NCBI RefSeq assembly: GCF_006345805.1
Contig: NC_042998.1
Span: forward strand, 20,832,001 to 20,896,000
Direction: 5' to 3'
DNA length: 64,000 nt
From: Octopus sinensis
Taxonomy: Eukaryota
Shown here: positions 1 through 13,356 of the stretch, piece after piece
How positions within the stretch are numbered: the first letter of the stretch is position 1
Layout of the letters: the number at the start of each line of letters is the position of its first letter
Made by a program: the position numbers and the translations under genes
Notes under the pieces: model-generated
What the model was told of the DNA's origin: nothing
The model's input: only the letters and a program-made list of their open reading frames with translations
Databases searched by the model: none

Positions 1-510
1 TGCAGTACAACCGACCAGATATTCACTCCACGGAAGGTCTTCCAGAAATCGTGAGAATTTTGCCAAGAGGTGTACGCTTGCTTTGTAGACCTCGGAAAGG
101 TATGTGAGTAGATGCCGCGGGATATGCTGAGGAGGGGTTTGCAGGAGTTTGAGATTAATGAATAACTTCTGGTTGCCGTGAAGTAGCAATACAAATGCCC
201 AGATGTTTGTGTTAGGATAAACGGGTTAAATGGTGCTAAGTTGAAACCTCTCAACATTGGTGCTAAACTTTCTCAAGGGAATGGGGTTTCTCACTTCTCC
301 TTTTCGTAATGTTTATAAACTGGATTGACATACACAGCTGTTGTGGAAGTTGTATCACAATAGGTAGGTATAAGATCGGTCGACTGAAATTTGCAAACGA
401 CATGGTGCTATTTGGCTCATCAGAAGATTATCTCCAGCGTGCACTAAATGGGTTTGCTGCCGAGTACTTCAGGTCAGGGATAAGAATTAGTGTTGCGAAG
501 GAAAATATGT
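1..510 (+). mobile_element. Highly degenerate non-LTR retrotransposon RT fragment
   Basis: FVDLGK near 80-100 and KFANDMVL (YADD-like) at about 385-410; stops and frameshifts. Confidence 0.6.
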
Positions 511-765
511 AACACGTTAAAGTGAAATTAAATTAAACGAATTCTTTATTTGTATATTGGCAAGGAACGTATTTTAGCTTTCTAAATTCTATCAGTATAA
601 TTGCAACCCACTCATTGCCTGTTACCAAGCCTAGTACGTGCACTCATCCTGCACTTCTTACGTTAGCTATCTCTGTATCTCTCATTTACCCTTTCTCCTT
701 CTCCGCCGTCTACACGATGTAAAGCATTACTGGAGAAATCGACCAACCAACATTTATATCGCCTA

Positions 766-796
<31 letters not shown>

Positions 797-798
797 CA

Positions 799-832
<34 letters not shown>

Positions 833-974
833 CATACATACATACATGTTTTAATATAATCGGAGTAAAAAAACAAACATTGTATACGCTTTGCAAAGCT
901 GTTCCACTGGTATCGGCTACCAAATTCTATCATACACTTGGGACTTCTACATATATGCATGTGTGTGTGTGTGT

Positions 975-1014
<40 letters not shown>

Positions 1015-2044
1015 CCACCGCTTGACAGCCGGTATTGGTGTGTTTACGTCCCCGTAACGTAGCGGTCCGGCATACGCCTTGAGAGCTCCGTCCATGTTAG
1101 ATGCACGGTGCTAAGAGCACAAACATATATCGTTAGCAGACAAGAACTGTCTGGCATGGATGCTGGAACTGCTAAATCACGTGATTTTTGCATAAGAATT
1201 TATGCCTGTTCTCTTGACACAGAAGATCTCTCGGGGCGAACACCGCAGTACTCGGTGTTTTAATAACACATTCACCTACATTAAGTAGGATATACATATA
1301 TATTGCTTACGTCGTTAATATAGAATGTTCAAAAAGTCTCTCCGCAGTGAATTTTTTTTCATGCCGACTCTACAAGAAAAAAATCCTTTTGTTTCATAAT
1401 GAGGATATTAATTTATTTTATCGCATTTGTTTTATACTTTTTATATTTATAATTGTATTTTCCATGTAAATTCATTCAATAAACATTTCCAATTCAAAGA
1501 ATTTCCGATGTTCTTCCTTTCAAATGAAGGGGATAACGTCGGCGTAAATAAATATATTTTGAGATAATTGGGTTTAAAAAAGTTCCCCCGCCCCTGCTCT
1601 AAGGCTCTATTTAAATACGTCTGAAAATTGGCCCAACTCTCAACACTATACTCACAACATCCGTCTATCACATCAACAATGTGGACACGTGTTAACATGA
1701 TTATTTGATATATTGTACAGTCTATAATTAATGTGGTAGATCTTACATCAGTAGCATCGATCAAACACGTTTTCTCTTCCCGTTTTTTGATAGGAAAATC
1801 GAAAATATTTTAGAGTAAAAATAAGTGATTATCTTTTATCTTTTTTATCTTTTACTTGTTTCAGTCATTAGACTGCGGCTGTGCTGGAGCACCGCCTTTA
1901 ATCGAGCAACTCGACACCTGGACTTATTCTTTGTAAGCCCAGTACTTATTCTATCGGCCTCTTTTGCCGAACCGCTAGGTGACGGGGACGTAAACACACC
2001 AGCATCGGTTGTCAAGCAATGCTAGGGGGACGAACACAGACACA

Positions 2045-2126
<82 letters not shown>

Positions 2127-2604
2127 TACGACAGGCTTCTTTCAGTTTCCGTCTACCAAATCCACTCACAAGGCATTGGTCGGCCTGGGGCTATAGCAGA
2201 AGACACTTGCCCAAGATGCCACGCAGTGGGACTGAACCCGGAACCATGTGGTTGGTTAGCAAGCTACTTACAACACAGCTACTCCTTTTGTTAATTTTAT
2301 TTGAATTTAAATTTTTAATATAAGTTTTTTATATATATATTTACGCCTATTTATGGGATTTTGTATTGCTTATGTTCTTTTTATTGATACTTTCCCCGCT
2401 TAATTTAGTGTTTTTAGTGCATTTTAATAAAAAAACAAAAAAATATTGGGATTTGGGAATTGCCAACCTTGACTAGTCCCAGGGAGATAACTCACATGAG
2501 TTATGTTACTTGTTTCTACAGATAAATCAAACAAAATCCGTCATTGTCAGAGTTCAAAACTGTTTTGGTAAAAATAACAATCTAGAGACGAACCATTTGT
2601 TGAA

Positions 2605-2635
<31 letters not shown>

Positions 2636-2797
2636 ATGAATAAATAAATAAGTAAAAGATATTCATACTCTAGTACTTTTCGTTAGAAAATCTTTCACAG
2701 ATATATAAAATTTCTTTCAGTTGAATAGAAAGATAAACAGAAGACGTAACGTGAATAAAATATCCCGGTTTTACTCGGTCGAGATGTATTATACCTA

Positions 2798-3512
2798 TCT
2801 CTCTATATATAAAAGTGAAGTTGTGTGTCTGTCTCCTACGATTTAGATTCCTAACTCCTCCCACATTTTGCGGTGCAGTTTAACCAAAAGCGGGTAACTT
2901 ATAGTCGTGATTCATATCGAGCCCTTCTGGGTATTAGCACGCGTCTACGATGAACCGACGATTTAAAAAAAAAATTACCATAATTTTTTCCATTTTAATG
3001 CATTTTTTTCGCTATTATATAAGGGAAGTAACTCTCTAAAAATGTCTACGATGAGTCAACGATTAAAAAAATAATTTACCACCATTTTTAATGCATTTTT
3101 TTGCTATTTTTTTGGCTATAACTCTCTAAAAATGCTTATATAGTTATTTCCCTTACAAACCCGAGCAACGCCGGGCGATACTGCTAGTATATATATAAAG
3201 CTGAAGTTGTCTGTGTATGGCAGGTTTGGTAGCCTTCAACTAACACTATCTCCTCCGAGACCCTACAGCGCAAGTTGACCAAAATTGAGAGTATGAAATC
3301 GGACCATGTTAACACCAAAAATTATTTACATCAAAAAGGTGCTTTTTTTTCTATGAAAATCCCTATTTTTTAACGATTTTTTGACTGCTGTGTCGCCACT
3401 TTTCGGTGTATTTCAACCAGAAAAATGTTCACTTAAAGAGAATAACAAGCTACATAAATTCCAATTCTAAAGGGTTGAAACAAACCCGAGCAACGCCGGG
3501 CGATACTGCAAG
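2798..3512 (+). mobile_element. Two head-to-tail non-autonomous Helitrons (2798-3187 and about 3188-3512)
   Basis: 5' TC(T)ATATATAAA; 3' hairpin CCCGAGCAACGCCGGG followed by CTAG (CAAG in the second copy). Confidence 0.75.
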
Positions 3513-3927
3513 TAAAAGTAAGATATATAACGTCTAAACTAGTTCATTTATTTTATATAGACACATCCCAGTACGCACGCGCACACACACACTCTCTCTC
3601 ACATACACACACACAAATAAATAAATAAATAAATTAGCGTAAACTTAATTCCCTATTGTAATGGTGAACTAATTTTAACGAGCTGTTGAGCGTAACTATC
3701 AGTTGGAATAGCGAAGCTATGAAAAAAACAAATACTAAATAATAAATTCAACCCCCTACTACAGTTAAAACAGAAATTAGAAATAATTCTTATTAGTCAC
3801 ATATACACACATGCTCATATATAAAAGACAGCATTATTTTATTACTAAGGATCATTTACTGCTCATATACGCGTAAACTTACACACAGAAATACATGCAC
3901 ATATCTGCATCAATGTGTATATGCATA

Positions 3928-4951
3928 TCTATATATATAAAACTCTAGTTGTGTGAGTGTCTGTCCCCTTCGATTTAGATTCCTAACTCCTCCCACATTT
4001 TGCGGTGCAGTTTAACCAACTTCGGGTATCTTATAGTCGTGATTCATATCGAGCCCGTCTGACTATTAGCGCGCGTCAACGATGAGTCTACGATTTTAAA
4101 AATAATTTAACATCATTTTTTATTCCATTTTAATGCATAAAATGCATCGTATGTCGATGGCGGCGGAGTTGGCGTCCACGCTTACAGCTGCACCTGTTTG
4201 CTTCTCCCTCTTCCCTCCCTCGTGAAGCTGTGGGGAAGGGAGTGTAAAGAAATCAACGTCGTAATGCGTTGTGAAGGAGACCAGCGTTCTTTTAGAACAA
4301 CGACTTCACGGCTTGAAGACACCAAAACAAAAATGGCTAAAAAAGCCCGAATTGGCATCTATAAGGGATGTAACTCTCTAAAAATGCTTATATAGTTATT
4401 TCCCTTACAAATCCGGGCAACGCCGGGCGATACTGCTAGTCTATATATATAAAACTGTAGTTGTGTGAGTGTCTGTCCCCTTCGATTTAGATTCCTAACT
4501 ACTCCCACATTTTGCGGTGCAGTTTAACCAAATTCGGGTATCTTATAGTCGTAATTCATATCGAGCCCGTCTGGCTATTAGCGCGCATCTACGATGAGTC
4601 TACGATTTAAAAAATAATTTAACATCATTTTTTATTCCATTTTAATGCATAAAATGCATCGTGTGTCGATGGCGGCGGAGTTGGCGTCCATGGTCACACC
4701 TGCACCTGTTTGCTTCTCCCCCTTCCCTCCCTCGTGAAGCTGTGGGGAAGGGAGTGTAAAGAAATCAACGTCGTAATGCGCTGTGAAGGAAACCAGCGTT
4801 CTTTTAGAACAACGACTTAATGGCTTGAAGACACCAAAACAGAAATGGCTAAGAAAGTCCAAATTGGCATCTATAAGGGAAGTATCTCTCTAAAAATGCT
4901 TATATAGTTATTTCCCTTACAAACCCGAGCAACGCCGGGCGATACTGCTAG
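3928..4951 (+). mobile_element. Tandem dimer of a 512 bp non-autonomous Helitron (3928-4439, 4440-4951)
   Basis: A|TC start, subterminal hairpin, CTAG|T end; direct CTAG-TC junction. Confidence 0.85.
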
Positions 4952-5669
4952 TTGTATATAAATTCATGTTTGTATCGTCAGTCCATCGCAGCGTTACTCC
5001 TTTTTGCCAGCTGAGTGGACTGGAGCAACGTGAAATGAAGTGTTTTGCTCAAGAACACGACGCGTCGCCCAGTCCAGGAATCGAAACCACAATCTTACGA
5101 TCATGGTGCTGACACCCTAACCACTCAGCTACGCGCCTCCACATGTATGTATGTATGTATGCATGCATGCGCGGGGACATAGAAGTAATCGGACTGAATA
5201 CCCGATCGCACGGTTAAACCATTGGGAGTGAAGGACTCCTAGCCTTTGTTAGGGCATCCTTCTAGGCGAAGATAACTCAGGTAACAGGGATAACTCCGAC
5301 ATAAAACCTGCGGCTCAGTGGTTACCGATGATGTTGACTTGATCTTCTTTTCGGATTGTGGCTGCTGTTGCTTAGTGAGTGGGATTGACTCAGTGCACAG
5401 CCTCTCCTCACTTTAAAAAAAATCTTCTTGCACAGGCATTGCACGATAACAACATTGATTAAGCTTCGTGCAATGGCCATACTCGATAACGAGGGGGCAG
5501 CCACCATGTATGTATGTATGTATGTATGTACATATGAAAGATAATGGTTGTATGTGTGCATGTGTTTGTGTGTATGCGTGAATGAATACAAATACATAGT
5601 GCCGACACACGCACGCGCACGCGGTGCACAGACACACACACACACACACACGTAAACTAATTATCTTTC

Positions 5670-5729
5670 ATACATACGTACGTACGTACATACATACATA
5701 CATACATACATACATGCATGCATGCATAC

Positions 5730-5760
<31 letters not shown>

Positions 5761-6254
5761 CATGCATACATACATACATACATACATTCATGCATACATA
5801 CATACATGCATGCATGTATGCATACATGCATACATGCATGCATGCATACATACATACATACATACATTCATGCATGCATGCATACATACATACATACATA
5901 CATTCATGCATGCATGCATACATACATACATACATGCATACATACATACATACATGCATGCATACATACATGCATGCATGCATGCATACATACATACATG
6001 CATGCATGCATGCATGTATGCATATATACATATATACATACATGCATACATGCATGAATACATACATACATACATACATACATACATACATGCATGCATG
6101 CATGCATGCATACATACATGCATATATACATATATACATACATACATGCATGCATGCATGCATGCATACATACATGCATACATACATACATACATACATG
6201 CATACATACATGCATACACACATACATACATACATACATACATACATACATACA

Positions 6255-6285
<31 letters not shown>
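5670..6285. repeat. (TACA)n/(TGCA)n compound microsatellite
   Basis: Direct reading. Confidence 0.95.
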
Positions 6286-6287
<2 letters not shown>

Positions 6288-7385
6288 TGTGCGAGTGTGT
6301 TTCACTATTCAACTTGTGAACATGAAAGTCAGTAGGTGTGTGTGTGTATCGCTTTTCACTTTCCTCACCGACTTCAAAGCAAATGTCGCCTTCAAAAAGA
6401 CATGAAAACAAAAGTAAATAAATAAAAAATTCTTTACGGAAATTGCCGAACAATCAGCTGACCAGATCGACAAGACTGAGAACCGAAAGAATGACATATA
6501 TGTATATATATGTTTGTCTTTGTGTCTGCGTTTGTCTCCCACTACCGACTGACAACCGGTGTTAGTGTGTTTTTGCCCGCATAACCTAGCAGTTCGGCAA
6601 CGGTGACCGATATGCTTTTTAAAAACAACTAAAAATTCTTCAAGGTGTTACTCCAGCATGGCCGCAGTCTAATGACTGAAACAAATAAAAGATATAAAAT
6701 AAAAAATGAAAGCAAAAGATCAAAAAAAAAAGCCACAGGAGTGGCTGCGTGGTAAGTAGCTTGCTTACCAACCACATGGTCCCGGATTCAGTCCCACTGC
6801 ATGGCACCTTGGGCAAGTGTCTTCTACTATCGCCTCGGGCCGACCAAAGCCTTGTGAGTGGATTTGGTAGGCGGAAACTGAAAGAAGCCCGTCGTATATA
6901 TATGTGCATGTATATATATATATATATACATGCATACATACATACATACATACATACATACATGCATGCATTTTTACTTGTTTCAGTCCTTTGACTGTGG
7001 CCATGCTGGAGCATCGCCTTTAGTCGAGCAAATCGACCCCAGGACTTATTCTTTGTAAGCCCAGTACTTATTCTATCGGTCTCTTTTGCCGAACCGCTAA
7101 GTGACGGGGACGTAAACACACCAGCATCGGTTGTCAAGCAATGCTAGGGGGACAAACACAGACAAACAAACACATACACACATATATATACATATACATA
7201 TATACGACAGGCTTCTTTCAGTTTCCGTCTACCAAATCCACTCACAAGGCATTGGTCGACCCGGGGCTACAGCAGAAGACACTTGCCCAAGATGCCACGC
7301 AGTGGGACTGAACCCGGAACCATGTGGTTGGTTAGCAAGCTACTTACCACACAACCACTCCTGCGCATATGTATATACATATATG

Positions 7386-7434
<49 letters not shown>

Positions 7435-7441
7435 GTATATA

Positions 7442-7518
<77 letters not shown>

Positions 7519-8130
7519 AATAGAAATATTAAAATAAGTAAGTCTCTCTAAAAGAGAACAGCGGCAGCGTTCCCGGAAAATAATAGTTATCGCCATACTA
7601 ATATGGCATTCTTATAAAATAAGAAAAAAGCTGTCCGCTTATTAGCTCCATGAGGCCATCGCCTTAAGTTAGCTATTTGATACACAAACTGTATCCAAAT
7701 AACCTAATAAGCGGACAGCTTTTTTCTTATTTTTATAAGAATGCCATATTAGTATGGCGATAACTATTATTTTCCGGGAACGCTGCCGCTGTTCTCTTTT
7801 AGAGAGACTTAGTTATTTTAATATTTCTATTATTGAAAACAAGTGGATGTATTCCACCGAAACTAGGTAAATAAAACCATCGAACAGACATTGTCGGAAG
7901 CGACACCTACTGGCTGGCTACGCTGCATTGAAAAGGGGCAATACCCCGAAACGCGTCTGTAGCTGCCGTCAAGTAGTGTGGAGCGACTGACCTCCCTTGT
8001 TCGAAGGTTATATGGATACAGTTTGTGTATCAAATAGCTAACTTAAGGCGATGGCCTCATGGAGCTAATAAGCGGACAGCTTTTTTCTTATTTTTATAAG
8101 AATGCCATATTAGTATGGCGATAACTATTA
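7519..8130. mobile_element. Penelope-like terminal repeat remnant (inverted plus direct repeat arrangement) carrying the hammerhead
   Basis: 7519-7645 is inverted against 7704-7831; 8006-8130 is the reverse complement of about 7580-7704; flanked by (TA)n. No coding part seen. Confidence 0.55.
7922..7963 (+). ncRNA. Minimal type I hammerhead ribozyme (U3-A8 variant, palindromic stem III)
   Basis: GCTGCA-TTGAAAA-GGGG caata CCCC-GAA-ACGCGT-C-TGTAGC: 6 bp stem I, core U3UGAAA8A, 4 bp stem II, GAA, stem III ACGCGT, GUC cleavage triplet. Confidence 0.75.
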
Positions 8131-8135
8131 TATAC

Positions 8136-8189
<54 letters not shown>

Positions 8190-8609
8190 TTGCTCTGTGA
8201 AAAAGTTTGCATAGAACGGCGAAATAACCCACTGTAGTTGCAAAACGTAAAACTCTAAGTCATAGAGATCACTACAACACTGGTTAAAAAATATTTTTTA
8301 AAATATATATATAAATATATACATATACACAGTAATTTTCATTTTTGCCGAAACGCACATGGTGCAAAAATAACTGAATCAAGTTATCTCCTGCAAGAAA
8401 GAAAAAAGAAGCATCTCTCCTGAAAAAAATCCCGTAACAAAAAAAAAAATAATCCAGACCACATTGTTGGATTAAGTCAATATCTTATCTATTTCATATT
8501 TTATTTATTATTCTATTTTATCTTTCACTTAGGCCCACATCTTAGTTAAAGTTGCGATCGTCATTTTGTTTGTTACATTTTCAATAACTGTTCTCGATAT
8601 AATAATTTT

Positions 8610-9528
8610 CCAGACACTCTATCTTCTAATTAGCCTTAAGATTAATTAAATAACTTTTAATATTGATACCGTCAAATTAGCCTTAGGATTAAATTAAATA
8701 ACGTTTAATATTGTTTAATATTGTTAATAATTATTGTTAATTAGCCTTAAGATTAAATTAAATAACGTTTAATATTGTTTAATATTGTCAATAATTTTTC
8801 AGATACTCTATCTTCTAATTAGCCTTAAGATTAAATTAAATAACGTTTAATATTAATAACGTCTAATTAGCCTTAGGATTAAATTAAATAACGTTAATAT
8901 TGTTAATAATTATTGTTAATTAGCCTTAGGATTAAATTAAATAACGTTTAATATTGTTTAATATTGTTAATAATTACTGTTAATAGCCTTAAGATTAAAT
9001 TAAATAACGTTAATATTGTTTAATATTGTTAATAATTATTGTTAATTAGCCTTAGGATTAAATTAAATAACGTTTATATTGTTTAATATTGTTAATAATT
9101 ATTGTTAATTAGCCTTAAGATTAAATTAAATAACGTTTAATATTGTTTAATATTGTTAATAATTTTCAGATACTCTATCTTCTAATTAGCCTTAAGATTA
9201 AATTAAATAACGTTTAATATTACCCACACTCTAATATAATATTAACATTGCTAATATATTTTCAGATACTCTATCTCCTGATTAGCCTTAAGATTAAATA
9301 ACGTTTTTATCCACACTCTAACATAATATTAATATTGCTAATATATTTTCAGATACTCTATCTTCTAATTAGCCTTAAGATTAAATTAAATAACGTTTAA
9401 TATTAATAACGTCTAATTAGCCTTGAGATTAAATTAAATAACGGTTAATATTGCTTAATATTGTATATAAAATTTTTCAGATACTCTGTCTTCTAATTAG
9501 CCTTAAGATTAAATTAAATAACGTTTAA
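8610..9528. repeat. AT-rich minisatellite, variant units of about 45-75 bp built on TAATTAGCCTTAAGATTAAATTAAATAACGTTTAATATT
   Basis: More than a dozen recurrences, running into the gap. Confidence 0.9.
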
Positions 9529-9628
9529 NNNNNNNNNNNNNNNNNNNNNNNNNNNNNNNNNNNNNNNNNNNNNNNNNNNNNNNNNNNNNNNNNNNNNNNN
9601 NNNNNNNNNNNNNNNNNNNNNNNNNNNN
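9529..9628. other. Assembly gap (100 N)
   Basis: Run of N. Confidence 1.
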
Positions 9629-12600
9629 AAACTTAATTCTAACCGTGTCGTGTGGTTTTAACTCTGGGAGTTCTGTTGTAATGTTTGATTTCTTCTTTTC
9701 GTGAGGCCTGATACCAATTTTGTCGTGTAGTATGTTTGGGAGATTTGTTCGCAATGTTCTATTCATTATTTGATTTGCAGGGGATGGTGCACCATTTTGT
9801 AATTTTGTCGTGCGTAATGCTAGAGCGCTAACTGAGGTTCTTCGTCACTTTTGAATGCCTTTTTTAGCGTCTTTTTTATTGTCTGTATATTTCTCTCAAC
9901 CATGCCATTCGCTTGATGATAATGCGGGCTTTCTTCGTGTGATGAAAATGCCAATTTTTTGCAAATTTTTTGAATTCAGCCGAATTGAATTCTGGACCGT
10001 TGTCACTTACAACTGTTTGCGGAATTCCGAATTTAGCAAAAGTTTCTTTTAATTTTTTGATTACGGTTTTTGACTGGCAATCATTTATTTCGTGTAGATC
10101 AAAAAATCTTGTTTATAGTCAATAATTGTGACATACGAATTTCCAGACAGTGTGAAATACGTCTGTACCCACTTTGGTCCATGGTGTAGTAGGTATTTCA
10201 TGATTTATTAGTGGTTCGGCTGCTTGTTGATTTTTGTAGTCAATGCAGTATGAGCATGTGTTAATCATGTCTTTGATTTGAGCGTTAATGCCGGGCCAGT
10301 ATATACATTCCTTCGCTCTCTCTATGCATTTTTCGATACCCATGTGTCCGGTATGTATTTCCTGTAGAGCTTCTCTACGTAATGACTTAGGTACAATTAT
10401 TCTTGAACCTTTTAGCACGAGACCATTGACGATTGATATTTCATCACGAACAGATACGAATGGTTTGATGTTTATTGGTATTTTGTCTTTTGGGGGCCAT
10501 TCTGTTCTTGTATATGTGACGAGTGTCTGTAGAGACGGGTCGTCTGCAATGGCTTCTTATACTCTTTTAATTTAGTGTCGGTTATGGGTAATTTTTTATT
10601 ACTGCATGAATGTGCGATTTCATATCTTCGTCTGATACTTCTGGAGTATTTTGCTCAAGGTATGCACGTGATAGGGTATCTGCAACAATTGATTCTTTAC
10701 CAGGTATGTGTTTAGGTCAAAATCATATCTTTGTAATGCTAGTAGAAATCTTTGGATTCTGGGGGGGCATTTAGTGATCGATTTTTTGAATATTTGCTTC
10801 AACGGTTTATGGTCATTTTCGATTCTGAAATGAGTTCCGTATATAAACTGATGAAATTTCTTGCATGCGAAAACTATACTGAGAGCTTCGCTCTCTATCG
10901 GACAGTAGTTTTGTTCCGCTTGAGTTGTTGCACGAGATGCAAACGAAACAGGTAGCCATCTTTCGTTGTGTTTCTGCTCAAGTATCGCTCCGAGCCCATG
11001 CTTACTAGCATCTGTAGTTATTTTATTGGTAGATCTGGATCATAAAATTGTAGCACTGGTTTTCTGGTAATCATTTCTTTTAGCTTTTTTATTGCTTCGA
11101 TTTGTGGTTTGTCGAATGACCATAACGTGTCACTCTGTAGAAGCTGGCGCAATGGTGCTGTGACTTCGGAGTAATTAGATAAAAATTTACATAGGTAATT
11201 TGTCATACCTAGGAATCTTTGTAATTCTTTTTTACTTGTTGGCAGTGGCATGTGAATGATTGCTTGTACCTTGGTTGGATCTTGTTTTATCCCTTCGCTG
11301 GTTAATATATGCCCAAGGTACTTGATTTGTGATTCATAGAAGATACACTTTGATTTATTTAACTTTAATCCGTGCTTTCGGATTCGATCGAAAACTTGTT
11401 GTAGTCTATTTGTGTGTTCTTCTAAAGTGTTGGACCAGATTATGATGTCATCCTGTGAATTTCTTGCTCCTTCTATGCCCTCTATTATTTTTGACATTTC
11501 TTTTTTGGAAAACTTCACTGGCGCTGTGAATTCCAAAGGGTAGTCGTGTGAAGCGATACCTTCCAAAAGGTGTGTTGAACGTTAAAAGATGGGAGCTTTC
11601 TTCGTCAACTGGAATTTGCCAGTATCCATTAGATGCATCGAGTTTTGAAAGATATTTAGGGTTATGCATTTGTGCAAAAATGTCCTCCGCTGTAGGGAGT
11701 TTGAAATGTTGCCTTTTTATGGCTTTGTTTAGATTCTTGGGGTCTAAACAGAGTCGGAGTTTTCCGTTGGCTTTTTCAACGATGACTAGGGAATTTACCC
11801 AGTCTGTAGGTTCACTAACAGGTTTTATGATATCTAATTCTGTCATTCTTTTTAATTCTTTGTTGAGTTTTTCTTTTATAGAAAAAGGAACCGATCTTGG
11901 TGGATGAATTACAGGAGTTATTTGTGGATCCACTGTGATATGATGTGTTATTGACAAAGTGCCGATTTCTCCGAAACAGTCTTCATATTTTTCTAATATG
12001 TCGTTTGTGTTCGACGAATTTATTTTTGAAATTCTCTGAATCAGGTTCAGATCTTTAGCTGTCTTTGCATCTATAACTGCGTGCGAGTTTGTTTTTGCAA
12101 CAATGAATTTTATTTGCTTTGATAATTCTTTGTATTTAATGACTGCTGTGCATTTTCCTAGCACTTTTATAGCTGTGTTTTATAAGCTGATAATCGAGTT
12201 GAAGTTTTTTGCAGTTGTGGTTTTGGAATTATATTTCTATATTCTCTGAATGGCAGTACGGTTACGTCTGCTCCTGTATCTATTTTGAATGTTACATTCG
12301 AGTTGTTCACTTTTAGTTCGACCGTCCAAATGTCTTTTGGAGTCTTGAACTTTTCGATTTTGTGCACGCGGGAATTATTTGCAGTGATCATTTCGAGTGC
12401 ATGTGTATCGTCATCTGATTCATCGTCGGTATGTATCTCTACTTTATGTACAAATTTTCTTGATTTGCACATTTTTGCATAGTGTCCTTGTTTCTTGCAT
12501 TTTTCACATGTCTTGTGAAATGCTGGGCATTTATTTCTTTTGTGATTATAACCACAATAGTGACAGTTAGTGACGTAGTGTTGACTTGGCGCTTGAAACT

Positions 12601-13345
12601 TCGCGGGCTTTCTGTCACTTCCGCCTTGTTCGTTTTGATGTCTGGATTGCATATGGCGGGTATTTGGGTTTTGGCGCCTTTTCTGTCGTGTTGACTATAT
12701 ACCCTCGAGATTTCGTTATCTCTTGTTTCGGATGTGGCATTTAGCATCCTTGATTGGAGTCGTGTTTGCTCTGCACTCTGACCTGCTTGAATTGTTTTTT
12801 GTAGGTCTAAATTTGGTTCTCTCAATAATCTTTCTCTTAATCTCATGTCTCTGATTCCACATATCAGAATATCTTTGGTGAGACTGTCTGTGAGGTTGCC
12901 GAATTCGCACTGTTGTGCCTTTTGGCGCAACTCTACTACGTACTCATCGAATTTTTGATGTTCCGCTTGTCCACATGTGAAAAATTTGTGTCTTAGGAAA
13001 GTTATGTTTTTCCTGGGTTCACAATATGCATCGAATTTTTCGATTACTGTCTGAAGGTTCATTTCTTCGTCGGGTGAATCGAAATCCAGTGTGGAATGGA
13101 TATCTCGGCCTTTAGAACCGATGCAAGTTAAAAACATTGAAGTTTTTACTTTGTCTGGCTTCATGTCACTTTCTGTTGCTATCAAAAAGAGATTGAATTC
13201 TTTTTTCCACTTTTTCCATGCTGCGGCTAGATTTTCCTGATTAAAGTCTAGGTCTTTTGGATGCGGTAAATTTTCCATTTCGTCTTTGAAGTATGATTTC
13301 AACTTCTTTTTTCCTTTGGTTTCTGTATTTTGGGTTCTTTTAGTA

Positions 13346-13356
13346 TTCTGACACCA
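13346..13356 (-). other. Primer binding site TGGTGTCAGAA (complementary to a tRNA-Leu-type 3' end)
   Basis: Typical Gypsy PBS between the LTR and gag. Confidence 0.75.

Noticed and set aside
5270-5300. GTAACAGGGATAA resembling an I-SceI homing site
   Set aside because: Does not match TAGGGATAACAGGGTAAT in order; chance similarity.
5322-6453. Long ORFs of MYVC/HTYI repeats
   Set aside because: Translations of (TACA)/(TGCA) microsatellites that lack stop codons by composition.
8130-8610. Search for the Gypsy 3' LTR beyond the minisatellite
   Set aside because: No similarity to 13357-13593 seen.
8610-9528. CRISPR-like appearance of the repeat array
   Set aside because: Intervening sequences are themselves repeated variants, not unique spacers; eukaryotic context; no cas genes.
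9509-9766. ORF spanning the N run
   Set aside because: Only 9629-9766 is real (Gypsy integrase tail); the rest is gap.
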